A stretch of DNA of 64,000 nt from Candidatus Eiseniibacteriota bacterium (GTDB lineage: Bacteria > Eisenbacteria > RBG-16-71-46), in assembly GCA_963725865.1 (NCBI GenBank), contig CAVSAC010000010.1, positions 512,001-576,000 on the forward strand. Reading direction: 5' to 3'. The position numbers and the translations under genes were made by a program. Positions within the stretch are counted from its first letter, which is position 1; each line of letters begins with the position of its first letter. This document shows, piece after piece, positions 21,037-30,660 of the stretch. The notes beneath the pieces are model-generated. The model searched no databases, was not told where the DNA came from, and was given only the letters and a program-made list of their open reading frames with translations.

Positions 21037-21609
21037 TCAGCGGATCGGGACGACGGCATACAGCTTCTCGAGGTGGGGGATGGAGACGCGCACGACCACG
21101 GCAGAGTCCGGGTAGTCGCGCGGGATGCGGAACCGAGTCATAGTCATGCGCCTGTACGTGCTCCGTTTGCAGGCGATTCGCTGGCGACGTCCGTCACGGT
21201 CGAAGAGCGCCACTGAGTACCGGATCGGACGCTGATCCCCCTCCACATAGACGCTCACGACACCATGGGGGTCGAGCGGTCGCGGACTCACATAGACCGA
21301 CCGCACGCGCGCGCCGGCTGAGAACTCCTTCGGACTTCTATCCGCCTCCCACGGGGGCACGGTCGTGAATACACGGTGCGAAGCGTCCTCGCACCAGTCC
21401 GGGATGCGATTGTTGTTGGCGTCCGGATCTTTTCGGTACAACTGCACCAAGTGCCATCCTCGATCCACCTGGTTCGGCGAGCGAGCGAATCGTCCCGTGG
21501 AATCGGGAGCCGGCCACTTGGATGCGGCCCGCGCCGGACCTGCCAGCATGCCGAGCGCGAGCGCGGCCGAGAGCATCCACCCCGACCTCGTCGCGCGACT
21601 CGTCCTCAC
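21037..21609 (-). CDS. Hypothetical exported protein
   Basis: GTG overlapping the capA stop (alternative ATG 21576); signal peptide ending ARA; less GC-biased codons. Confidence 0.6.
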   Translation of the reverse strand: MRTSRATRSGWMLSAALALGMLAGPARAASKWPAPDSTGRFARSPNQVDRGWHLVQLYRKDPDANNNRIPDWCEDASHRVFTTVPPWEADRSPKEFSAGARVRSVYVSPRPLDPHGVVSVYVEGDQRPIRYSVALFDRDGRRQRIACKRSTYRRMTMTRFRIPRDYPDSAVVVRVSIPHLEKLYAVVPIR

Positions 21610-22733
21610 GTCGACCTCCGCAGGCGCGTGAGCGCCTGCCACAGCAGCGGCAGGTGGCGCGGGCGCAGGCTGCCGAGCAGCTTCGCGACCCGGTCGATGC
21701 GACCCTGCCTCAGATAGGTGCCGAGACTCTGCAGCTCGTAGCGCAGCAGCGTGGGGGCGGACTCGGCGGCGAACCGCGCCCCAGCGTCCGCGAGCCCGTC
21801 GGACAGCCGCCGCAGCCGCTGCTCGAGTGCCAGGGCGCGCGCGGGCGCGGGCGACTGGGGCAGCCCGTCGTCGTCGAGTTCGAACGGCGTCACGTCGAGC
21901 CCGTGCTGCTCCGCCACCGTGACGGTGAACACGCCGGTGAGCCGCCGCACGTCGGTCGCCACCTGCGCCTCGAAGTCGCCGGCGGCGGCGTCGAACACGA
22001 AGTCGCCGAGGCTGAACAGCGTGAGCGTGCGCCCTGCGCGCCGCGCGCCCTGGGTGACGTGCGGGTGGTGACCGATCACGAGGTCGGCGCCGGCCTCGGC
22101 GAGCGTCTGCGCCAGCTCCATCACGCGCGGCGGCGGGTAGTCGACGTACATCGAACCCCAGTGCACACTCGCCACCAGCAGATCGGCCTCCGGACGCCAG
22201 CGCGCCAGGTCGGCGCGCACGATCTCGGACTCGAGCGGCGCGGTGCCCGGCACGCCCGCGCCCGCGCGGCCGGCGACCGAGGCGCTCCACGCCAGCACCA
22301 CCACGCGCCGCCCGCGGACCGCGAGCCGCGCGGGCGCGCGCGCGGCGTCGAGGTCGGCGCCGGCGCCCGCGGTCGCGAGCCCCGCCTCCGCGCACGCGGC
22401 GAGCGTGGCGGCCAGGCCGCGCGGGCCGCAGTCCATCATGTGGTTGTTCGCGAGCGAGACCACGCGCACGCCGGCGCGCGCGAGTGCGGCCGGCACGCCA
22501 CGATCGAGCCGGAACTCCGCGCCGCGGCCGGGCTCCACCCAGGCGGGCTCGCCGACCGGCGATTCCAGGTTCGCGAACGCCAGGTCGGCCGCGCGCAGCG
22601 CGGGTGCGACGGCCGCGAACACGGCGTCGTCGCCGTGCGCGCGGGCGTGGGCCCGCGCCCTGCCGAGCACCGCGACGTCGCCCACCGCGGCGAGGCGCAG
22701 CAGCGGCGCGCCGACCGGCTCAAGCAGCCGCAT
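21606..22733 (-). CDS. CapA (PGA_cap) family metallophosphoesterase-like protein
   Basis: VGD, NLESP, LANNHMMD, HWG, GHHPHV, SLGDF. Confidence 0.88.
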   Translation of the reverse strand: MRLLEPVGAPLLRLAAVGDVAVLGRARAHARAHGDDAVFAAVAPALRAADLAFANLESPVGEPAWVEPGRGAEFRLDRGVPAALARAGVRVVSLANNHMMDCGPRGLAATLAACAEAGLATAGAGADLDAARAPARLAVRGRRVVVLAWSASVAGRAGAGVPGTAPLESEIVRADLARWRPEADLLVASVHWGSMYVDYPPPRVMELAQTLAEAGADLVIGHHPHVTQGARRAGRTLTLFSLGDFVFDAAAGDFEAQVATDVRRLTGVFTVTVAEQHGLDVTPFELDDDGLPQSPAPARALALEQRLRRLSDGLADAGARFAAESAPTLLRYELQSLGTYLRQGRIDRVAKLLGSLRPRHLPLLWQALTRLRRST

Positions 22734-23877
22734 GGCGCCCTCCCGGAGCCGGCTCCGGCCGCCCGGCCTCGGCCAGTGCCGAGCGGTACAGCGCCTCGGT
22801 CTCGCGCACCATGCGCTCCGCGGTGAAGCGCTCCTCCCAGCGCGCGCGAGCGGCGCGCCCCATCGCCTCGCGGCGCGGCGCGTCGTCGATCAGCTCGCCC
22901 AGCGCGGCGGCGAGCGCGGGCACCTCGCCGACCGGGGTGACGCGGCCGCTGACGCGGTCCTCGACCGCCTCGGCGCAGCCCCCGATGTCGGTCACCGCGG
23001 CGGCGCGGCCGGCGCGCATCGCCTCTAGCAGCGTCACCGAGAGTCCCTCGCGCTCGGACGACAGCGCAAACACGTCGCACGCCTCCATCAGGTCGGCGAT
23101 GTCGGCGCGCGCGCCCAGCAGCCGCACCCGATCGCCGAGGCCGAGTGCCGCGACGCGCGCCTCCAGCGGCCCGCGCAACGGTCCCTCGCCCGCCAGCACC
23201 AGTCGTGCGCCGGGCCGCGAGCGGGCCGCGAGGGCGAACGCCTCCACCAGCACGTGCTGGGCCTTCTGACGGGTCAGGCTGCCGACCGTGAGCACCAGGG
23301 TCTCGGCGGCGCCGAGGCCGAGCGCGGCACGCACCTCTTCACGCGGGCGGGTGTGCGGTGCGGACGCGATGCCATTGGCCACGGTGACGAAGCGCCGCGA
23401 CGCCCAGGGCAGGCGGCGAACGTGGCTGTCGTGCACGGCCCGGCACACGCACACCACGCGTCGCGTGAAGAGCGTCTCCAGACGTTCGAGGATGGGATAG
23501 AAGAGCGAATGGCGGCCGCGGTAGTGCAGGCTGTGCTCGGTGCGCACCATCACCCGCACCCCCGCCAGCCGCGCCGCCACCACGCCGTACAGCGCGCCGG
23601 TCGGGTTGTGGCCGTTCACCACGTCGATGCGCGCCGCGCGCAGCAGCCGCGCGAGGTCGAACGGCGCGGCGAGGCGCCGCAGCAGCGGGTGACCGCCCGG
23701 CCGGCGCAGCGTCTCGACGTGGGCACCCAGCGCGCGCGCCTGCTCGAGCGCCGGACCGCCGCGGTTGAGCGCGACGATCCAGGTCTCGACCCCCGGCCCG
23801 GCGCAGCGCACGTGCTCCAGGATCAGCGACTCCGCGCCGCCGGTGTGCATCGCCTCGATCACGTGCGCGACCCTCAT
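22720..23877 (-). CDS. GT4 glycosyltransferase
   Basis: GGAE...QKAQ...SSEREGLSVTLLEAM. Confidence 0.88.
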   Translation of the reverse strand: MRVAHVIEAMHTGGAESLILEHVRCAGPGVETWIVALNRGGPALEQARALGAHVETLRRPGGHPLLRRLAAPFDLARLLRAARIDVVNGHNPTGALYGVVAARLAGVRVMVRTEHSLHYRGRHSLFYPILERLETLFTRRVVCVCRAVHDSHVRRLPWASRRFVTVANGIASAPHTRPREEVRAALGLGAAETLVLTVGSLTRQKAQHVLVEAFALAARSRPGARLVLAGEGPLRGPLEARVAALGLGDRVRLLGARADIADLMEACDVFALSSEREGLSVTLLEAMRAGRAAAVTDIGGCAEAVEDRVSGRVTPVGEVPALAAALGELIDDAPRREAMGRAARARWEERFTAERMVRETEALYRSALAEAGRPEPAPGGRHAAA

Positions 23878-25097
23878 GGGCGCCCCCGCGCGGGCGCGCC
23901 ATCCTGCCAGAGCGCGTAGAGCCGCGCGAAGTTGGTCTCGGCGTCGAAGCCGCCGGTGGCGCGCGCGCGCGCCTGAGCGCCCATGCGGTCGACCGAGGAC
24001 GGATCGTCGAGCAGTGCCCCGAGCCCGTCCGCCAGCCCCTCGACGTCCTCGGGGTCGGCGAGTGCTCCGGTCACGCCCGGCTCGATCGCCTCCTCGAGCC
24101 CGGCCGCGCGGGTGCCCACGCACGGCACCCCCATCGCCATCGCCTCGATCACCACGTTCGGGATTCCGTCGCGCCGCCCGTTCGCCAGCACCCGGCAGGG
24201 CGCCAGCAGCGCCCACGCGCGCCGGTACCACGGCAGGATCCGGTCGTGGGTCAGCGCCCCGGTGAACGTGACGCGGTCGCCCACGCCCTCGGCGCGCGCG
24301 AGCGCCTCGAGGGCGCCGCGCTCGGGACCGTCGCCGATCACCACCAGCCGCCCGGCGCGCCCGCGCCGCGCGAGCACGGCCAGCGCGCGCACGGCGAGGT
24401 CGAAGCCCTTCGGCATCGCGAGGCGGCCGACCACCAGGAACAGCGGCTCGGGGTCGCGCGCGCGGCCGCCGCCGTCGAAGCGCGCGAGGTCGACGCCGTG
24501 GTAGATCCACTCCACGCGCGCGCCCGGGCCGGCGAGCGCACGCAGCAGGTCGGCGTTGCCGCGCACGCACGCCGCCACGAATTCGGCCGCCCGCACCTTC
24601 TCGGCGAGGAACGCGCGGGTGCGATAGAGGTCGGCGCCGGCGTGCGCCGCCATGCTGAAGCGGCGGCCGGTCAGCCGCGCGGCCAGGTACGCGACACTGG
24701 CCGGGAAATGCGCCCACGCCCCGTGCACCACCTCGAGGTCCTCGCGCTCGACCCACGCCGCCACCCGCGCCGCCGCCGGCAGGTAGCCCAGGTGGCCCGC
24801 GAGCGCGTAGCCGCTCCCGCGCGAGGCCCACAGCATGCGCGCCACCTCGGGCACCAGCACGTGCGGGCGCCGCACCAGCCAGCCCAGCAGCGCCGCCCAC
24901 GCGGCGGGGTCGGTGAGCGAGCCGACCGGCGTGGTCAGTGGCACCAGCGCCGCGTGCTCGGGCTGGTACTCGGCGCTCACCCCGCGGAGCGTGTACACGC
25001 GCACCTTCACGCCGCGCGCGACCAGGCGGTGGACCTCGTTCTCGAGGAACGCCGCGAGCGTGGGGAACGTGGTGGTGACGAACGCGAGCGACTTCAT
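23874..25097 (-). CDS. GT4 glycosyltransferase (WcaL-like)
   Basis: VGRLAMPKG...RDGIPNVVIEAMAMG. Confidence 0.88.
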   Translation of the reverse strand: MKSLAFVTTTFPTLAAFLENEVHRLVARGVKVRVYTLRGVSAEYQPEHAALVPLTTPVGSLTDPAAWAALLGWLVRRPHVLVPEVARMLWASRGSGYALAGHLGYLPAAARVAAWVEREDLEVVHGAWAHFPASVAYLAARLTGRRFSMAAHAGADLYRTRAFLAEKVRAAEFVAACVRGNADLLRALAGPGARVEWIYHGVDLARFDGGGRARDPEPLFLVVGRLAMPKGFDLAVRALAVLARRGRAGRLVVIGDGPERGALEALARAEGVGDRVTFTGALTHDRILPWYRRAWALLAPCRVLANGRRDGIPNVVIEAMAMGVPCVGTRAAGLEEAIEPGVTGALADPEDVEGLADGLGALLDDPSSVDRMGAQARARATGGFDAETNFARLYALWQDGAPARGRP

Positions 25098-26218
25098 TGC
25101 GCCCGCCCCGCCACGCGCGCGTAGAACTCCTCGTGAAGGCGCGCCATGCGATCGATGCTCATGGCCTCCGCCGCGCGCCGTGCCGCCGCCGCGCGCCGTG
25201 CCGCCTCGGCGGGGCGCGCGAGCGCGTCCGCGAGCGCGGCGGCCAGCGCGTCCGGATCCTGCGGCGGCACCAGCCAGCCCGTCTCGCCGTCGGCCATCAC
25301 CTCGGGCGTGCCGCCCACCGCGGTCGCCACCGAGGCGCGTCCCGCCGCCATCGCCTCGAGCAGCGCGTTGGGGATGCCCTCCTCGCGCGAGGAGAGCACG
25401 AACAGGTCCAGCGCCGGCAGTAGCCGCTCGACGTCGGCGCGCTCGCCGAGGAAGCGCACGCGATCGGTCAGGCCGAGGCGCGCGGCGTGCGCCTCGAGAG
25501 CGGCGCGGTCGGGGCCGTCGCCCACCACCGCGGCGCGGAACGCCACCCCGCGCGCGTCCAGCCGCGCGAGCGCCTCGAGCAGCGTGCCCTGGTCCTTGCG
25601 CGGCGCGAGGCAGCCGACCGTGCCCACGAGCGGCGCGCCGTCGATCGCACCGAGCTCGGTCCGCGGGGCTGCCGGCACCCGGAAGCGCGCGACGTCTACG
25701 CCATTCGGGATCACGGTGATGCGCGCGCGCGGTACCCCGAGGGCGACCACGGTGTCGGCCACGGCCTCGCTCACCGCGGTCACGTGGGTCGCGTGGCGGT
25801 GCACGAAGCGCTGGATCGCCACCTGGCGCGGGGTCTCGAACGCGTCCACGTTGCGCTTGGCCACCACCACGGCGCGCACCCCGCACAGGCGGCCGGCCAG
25901 CACCGCGTACAGGTTGGGGCCGTACAGGTAGCCGTGCACCACGTCGGGCCGGAAGCGCCGCACGAGGCCCACGAGGCGCGCGAGTCCGCGCCAGCCCGCC
26001 GGGCCGTAGACCGGCCCGGTCACGCCGAGGTCGTGGAGCGGCCAGCCGAGCTCCCTCACCGCGGCGGTGAACTGGCCCTCGGCGCGGAAGCACGCGATCT
26101 CGACCGCGAAGCGTTCGCGGTCGATGCGCTTCCACAGCTCGAGCAGGTGGCGCTCCGCCCCGCCGGCCACGAAGTTGCCGACCACGTACAGCACCCGGAT
26201 GCGACCGGCAGGGCTCAC
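25094..26218 (-). CDS. GT4 glycosyltransferase
   Basis: GGAER...IPNGVD...SSREEGIPNALLEAMA. Confidence 0.88.
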   Translation of the reverse strand: MSPAGRIRVLYVVGNFVAGGAERHLLELWKRIDRERFAVEIACFRAEGQFTAAVRELGWPLHDLGVTGPVYGPAGWRGLARLVGLVRRFRPDVVHGYLYGPNLYAVLAGRLCGVRAVVVAKRNVDAFETPRQVAIQRFVHRHATHVTAVSEAVADTVVALGVPRARITVIPNGVDVARFRVPAAPRTELGAIDGAPLVGTVGCLAPRKDQGTLLEALARLDARGVAFRAAVVGDGPDRAALEAHAARLGLTDRVRFLGERADVERLLPALDLFVLSSREEGIPNALLEAMAAGRASVATAVGGTPEVMADGETGWLVPPQDPDALAAALADALARPAEAARRAAAARRAAEAMSIDRMARLHEEFYARVAGRAQ

Positions 26219-27219
26219 GCCGCGGCCTCCGCGGGCGCGCCGCGCAGGCGGTCGAACGCCCCGTCCAGCTCCGCCACCGTCAGGTGCGCCGAGAAGCGCC
26301 CGCCCGGTCCCAGGCACGCGCCGTCGGAGAGCCCGCGGCGGCGCAGCTCGAACGGCAGAGCACCCGCCGCGACGTCGCCGCGCCGCGTGGTCACGGCGTG
26401 CGTCAGGCCGAGGTCGCGGCAGGCCGCCAGCGTGTCGCCGTTGTAGTCGCCGACCGGGTACGCGAGCCCCGCGGGCCGTACGCCGAGGCGGCGCTCGATC
26501 AGCGCGCGCGAGCCGTCGATCTCGGCCACCTGCTCCTCGTACGTGAGCGTGCCCAGGAACGGATGCGCGAGCGTGTGCGCTCCGATCTCCATGCGTGCGT
26601 CCCGCAGGCGCGCGGCCTCCTCCCAGGTGGCGAGCTCGCACGGCGCTGGCGTGTCCACCGCGAGCTCGCGGCGCAGCCGGTCGAGCACTTCGCGCTGGCG
26701 CTCGGGGCGGGCGCGCAGGCGCGGCAGCAGCGCGGTGAGCAGCGCGCGCCGGTCGGACCGCGGATCGAGCGCGCGCGTCCCGCTCGCGAGCCCCCCGTCC
26801 CAGCGCTCGACCCGCGTGGCCTCGAGCACGTGCGTGAGCTCGTCCCACCACGGCGCGCGACGCTCCTCCATCAGGCCGGCCGTCAGGTAGAACGTCGCCC
26901 GCGCGCCGTGGCGCTCGAGCAGCGGCAGCGCGCGCTGCACGTTGTCGGCGTAGCCGTCGTCGAAGCTCATCGCCACCCAGCGGCCGCGCCCGTCCGCGAG
27001 CCGCGCGAGCCCTTCGCTCACCGTCAGCGGCGCGAGCCCGTGCCGCGCGAGCAGCGCCAGCTGGGCCTCCAGCACCGGCGCGCTCACGCCGAGCCGGTAC
27101 AGCGGCCGCTCGCCCTCGGCGTACACGCGGTGATGGCGCACGATCGTGAGGGACGCCGCGCGCGCGCGGCGCGGGGCGTGGGCGAGCGCCAGCAGCCAGC
27201 GGACCAGGCGGCCGTTCAC
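26215..27219 (-). CDS. Polysaccharide deacetylase (CE4/NodB)
   Basis: SFDDGYADN, IGAHTLAHP, LAYPVG. Confidence 0.88.
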   Translation of the reverse strand: MNGRLVRWLLALAHAPRRARAASLTIVRHHRVYAEGERPLYRLGVSAPVLEAQLALLARHGLAPLTVSEGLARLADGRGRWVAMSFDDGYADNVQRALPLLERHGARATFYLTAGLMEERRAPWWDELTHVLEATRVERWDGGLASGTRALDPRSDRRALLTALLPRLRARPERQREVLDRLRRELAVDTPAPCELATWEEAARLRDARMEIGAHTLAHPFLGTLTYEEQVAEIDGSRALIERRLGVRPAGLAYPVGDYNGDTLAACRDLGLTHAVTTRRGDVAAGALPFELRRRGLSDGACLGPGGRFSAHLTVAELDGAFDRLRGAPAEAAA

Positions 27220-28658
27220 GCCGTCCCCGCCCGCCGCTCGATCACCATGTCGCTCACCAACGCGCACAGCATCCAGAACGGGCCGGTGATCAGGATCGAG
27301 AAGAACCGGTCCCCGAACGCGCACGAGATCGCCATGGCGATCGTGGCGGCGCCCACCCCGACGGCGATCTGGCGGTCGAACCGATCGCGCGCCGCGCGCA
27401 TCCCGTCGAACCCGAGCTTCCAGCACAGCACCAGCAGGACGATGAAGGTGAGCAGTCCGAACGCGCCCATCTCGCCGAGCATGCGCAGGTAGGTGTTGTG
27501 CGCGGAGTCCTTCACCTCGAGCCCCAGCTCGTCGCCGGTCTCGGGCAGCACGTAGCCGAGGCCGGTGAAGCCCACGCCGTCGATCGGGTGCTCGGTGACC
27601 ACGTTCGTGACCGCGCGCCAGGTGTCGATGCGCGCCTGCGCGGAGCTCTCGAGCTTCTCCTCGTCGGTGCCCTCGACCTCGACCTGGGTGCCGACGATGC
27701 GCTCCTTCACGTAGTCCGGCGCCCACCAGGGCGCGGTCAGCAGCACCGCGAGCAGCACCCCCGTCATCATCCGCGAGGACCGCAGCGCGACGAAGCCGAG
27801 CGCCACGCCGAGCGCGATGAACGCGCCGCGCGAGACGGTGAACAGCACCGCCACCGAGCCGCAGATCACGGCGCCGAGCAGCACGGCCTGCTGCAGGCGG
27901 CTGCGCACCGCGGGCATGATCGCGGCCGCGAACGCGGTGTACATCGCGAGAAACGCGCCCAGCTCGTTCGGCTGTCCGAACGAGCCCTCGGCGCGCGCGC
28001 CGCGTCCGCTGCGACCGTAGGCGATCGTGACGATGGACTCCGCCAGCAGGCCGATCGCGACCGCCCACGAGATCGCCCGCCGGTCGCGCGAACCGCGCGC
28101 CATCGCGAGCGTGACGAAGTAGGTCGAGAACGTCATGGCGACGCGGAAGGTCTGGATGCCGGCCTCGGCGCCGTCGTACTCGTAGCCGGTCGGCAACGCG
28201 ACGCCGCGCACGACCGACAGCGCGATCAGCCCGAGCAGGACCAGGATCACCGCGTCGAGCGCGCCGTGGCGGAACACCGGCTCGCGGCGCATCACCTTCT
28301 GGAGCGCGTAGGTGAAGAACACCGAGAACACCAGCAGGTTGAGCGGGTTCATGCCCGGCACCGGCAGCACCGGCAGCCACGCCAGGAACGGCGTGACGAT
28401 CGGCAGCAGCAGCAGGCCGAAGCGCGGCATCGCGAGGATGGCGCCGATCGCGGAGGCCCCGATCAGGATCTTGACCAGCCGGTGCGGGTCCTGATCGAAC
28501 GTGTAGTCGAGCAGCACGAACACGCCGACCACGAACACCGCGACCACGCTGCCGAGCAGCGCGAGCAGCGGCCCGGAGAGCGTGGCGGCCTGGCGGCGCG
28601 CGGCCTCGCGCGCCTCGTGGACCTGCGCGCCCGGCCCGGCGTGGGGCTCGAAGCTCAC
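27216..28658 (-). CDS. O-antigen ligase / Wzy_C family membrane protein
   Basis: Multi-TM; GSFGQPNELG, TVSRGAF, HPIDGVG, AHNTYLRMLGEMG. Confidence 0.85.
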   Translation of the reverse strand: MSFEPHAGPGAQVHEAREAARRQAATLSGPLLALLGSVVAVFVVGVFVLLDYTFDQDPHRLVKILIGASAIGAILAMPRFGLLLLPIVTPFLAWLPVLPVPGMNPLNLLVFSVFFTYALQKVMRREPVFRHGALDAVILVLLGLIALSVVRGVALPTGYEYDGAEAGIQTFRVAMTFSTYFVTLAMARGSRDRRAISWAVAIGLLAESIVTIAYGRSGRGARAEGSFGQPNELGAFLAMYTAFAAAIMPAVRSRLQQAVLLGAVICGSVAVLFTVSRGAFIALGVALGFVALRSSRMMTGVLLAVLLTAPWWAPDYVKERIVGTQVEVEGTDEEKLESSAQARIDTWRAVTNVVTEHPIDGVGFTGLGYVLPETGDELGLEVKDSAHNTYLRMLGEMGAFGLLTFIVLLVLCWKLGFDGMRAARDRFDRQIAVGVGAATIAMAISCAFGDRFFSILITGPFWMLCALVSDMVIERRAGTA

Positions 28659-29662
28659 GCGGCCCTCCCGCCGGCGTCGCGCGAGCGCAGCGTCACGCGC
28701 CGCACGGCCGCCATCGGCGCGGCGCCGCGCTTGGCCCAGTCGCGCGCGCGGAGCCGCGCGAACCACTCCGGCGGGAGCACGCTGGCGCACGCCAGCAGCG
28801 CGACCGGTAGCGCGCGGTCGGGGAACATCCAGGCCCGCGCCAGGTGCGCCCGCGCCGCCGCGGCGTGCCCCTCGCGCAGGTCGGCGAGCGCGAGCTTGAA
28901 GTGCGCGAGCGCCTCGCGCCGGCGCGCGGCGCGCCGCAGCGGCGCGGGCAGCGCGGCGTCGGAGGCGAGCCGCCGGAACAGCGCCACATCGCCGGCCAGC
29001 CGCGCCTCGAACTGGCGCGTCAGCCCGCCCGCGCGGTGCTGGTAGCGCACCAGCGCGCGCCGCGATCCCGCCGCCGGCCAGCGGCTGGCGAGGCGGATCC
29101 ACAGGTCGAGGTCCTCGGCGTGGCTGAGCCCCTCGTCGAATCCGCCCAGCTCGGCCAGCGCCTCGCGCGCCACCACCACCGAGGAGGTGAGCACGAAGTT
29201 GACCTCGAACAGCTCGGCCACCGGCTGCCCGACGTAGTCGTCGGGCACCACCGCGTACGGCTCCAGCCACGACGCGCGCAGCTCGCCGTCGAGCGTGCGG
29301 AACGCGCCGTCGCTGAAGAACCAGCGCGCCGCCGGGGCGCGCGTGAACGCGGCCGCGGCGACCGCGAGCTTGTCCGGAAACCACACGTCGTCGGCGTCGA
29401 GGAAGCCCACCCACGGCGCGGCGGCGGCGCGCCAGCCGGCGTTGCGGGCCGCGGCCGCGCTGCCGAACCGGCCGCGCACGACGCGCACCGCGCTGCCGAA
29501 GCGCTGCTCGATCGCGTCGCCGGTGCCGTCGGTGGACGCGTCGTCGACCACCACGACCTCCGCGGCCGGGTGGGTCTGGCGCAGCACCGAGGCCACCGCG
29601 TCGAGCACGTCGGGCAGGCCGTCGTGCGCGGGGATCACCGCCGCGATCGCCGGGGCGCTCAC
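28655..29662 (-). CDS. GT2 glycosyltransferase
   Basis: VVDDASTDGT, ARNAG, FLDADD, EDLDLW. Confidence 0.9.
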   Translation of the reverse strand: MSAPAIAAVIPAHDGLPDVLDAVASVLRQTHPAAEVVVVDDASTDGTGDAIEQRFGSAVRVVRGRFGSAAAARNAGWRAAAAPWVGFLDADDVWFPDKLAVAAAAFTRAPAARWFFSDGAFRTLDGELRASWLEPYAVVPDDYVGQPVAELFEVNFVLTSSVVVAREALAELGGFDEGLSHAEDLDLWIRLASRWPAAGSRRALVRYQHRAGGLTRQFEARLAGDVALFRRLASDAALPAPLRRAARRREALAHFKLALADLREGHAAAARAHLARAWMFPDRALPVALLACASVLPPEWFARLRARDWAKRGAAPMAAVRRVTLRSRDAGGRAA

Positions 29663-30660
29663 GCGCCGTCCCCGCGACCGCGCGTGCCGAGCCGGGGGGC
29701 GCGGCGCTTGACGCTCTGCACGGTCCGCTTGAGCCACGTCGAACGCATCAGGCGCGGCAGCAGCGGGCCCGGCGCCGTCGCCGCCCCGAGCGCGAGCACG
29801 CGCCGGGCGAGCGGACCGGCCACCGCCGCGCGCCGCATGCGCACCCGCCCCTCGCGCGGCCGTCCGGAGCGGAAGCAGCCGACCGCGAGGTCGAACTCCA
29901 GCGCCGCGGCGCGACCCCCCGCCAGCCGCCGCTCGCCGGCGCTGCGCCCCATCACGCCCGCGGCGACCCGTCGCATGATCGCGAGATCCTCGAGGAAGCG
30001 CGCCTCGTGCCGCCGCGACAGCTGCCCCGGATGCGTGAAGTAGCCCACCACGCGCTCCTCCAGCAGGCCGCCGGGAACCCGCGCGGCCACCTTGAGCCAC
30101 AGGTCGTAGTCGTGAGAGTACGCCAGCGAGGTGTCGAGCCCGCCCACGGCGTGATAGACGTCGCGGTGCACCATCATGCTGCTCATGAGCGGGAAGCAGC
30201 GTTCGAGCAGCGGCGGGAACAGGTCGCCGACCATCGTGCGCACCGGGCGGAAGTAGTCCGCGAGCCACGATTCGCGCAGCACTCCCTCGGCCGAGAACAG
30301 CCAGCCGTCGGTGCACATCCAGCGGACCTCGGGATGGGCGTCGAGGAACGCCAGCTGGAGCGCCAGCTTCTCCGGCGCCCAGGTGTCGTCCGAGTCGAGG
30401 AAGGCCAGCCACTGGCCCTGCGCCTGCGCCAGTCCCACGCTGCGCGTGGCGGCCGAGTTCCGGTGCGGCAGGCGCAGCACGCGCACCGGCGCGGCGTAGC
30501 GCGACTCGACCAGGTCCGCGGTCCCGTCGGTCGATCCGTCGTCGCACACCAGCACTTCGTCGGGCAGGCGGGTGCCGGCCAGCACGCTGTCGAGCGCGCG
30601 CTCGACGCACCACGCCGCGTTGTACGCCGACATCACGACGCTGACGGTGTGCGCGCTCAT
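29659..30660 (-). CDS. GT2 glycosyltransferase
   Basis: SAYN, CDDGSTDGT, FLDSDD, DYDLW. Confidence 0.9.
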   Translation of the reverse strand: MSAHTVSVVMSAYNAAWCVERALDSVLAGTRLPDEVLVCDDGSTDGTADLVESRYAAPVRVLRLPHRNSAATRSVGLAQAQGQWLAFLDSDDTWAPEKLALQLAFLDAHPEVRWMCTDGWLFSAEGVLRESWLADYFRPVRTMVGDLFPPLLERCFPLMSSMMVHRDVYHAVGGLDTSLAYSHDYDLWLKVAARVPGGLLEERVVGYFTHPGQLSRRHEARFLEDLAIMRRVAAGVMGRSAGERRLAGGRAAALEFDLAVGCFRSGRPREGRVRMRRAAVAGPLARRVLALGAATAPGPLLPRLMRSTWLKRTVQSVKRRAPRLGTRGRGDGA

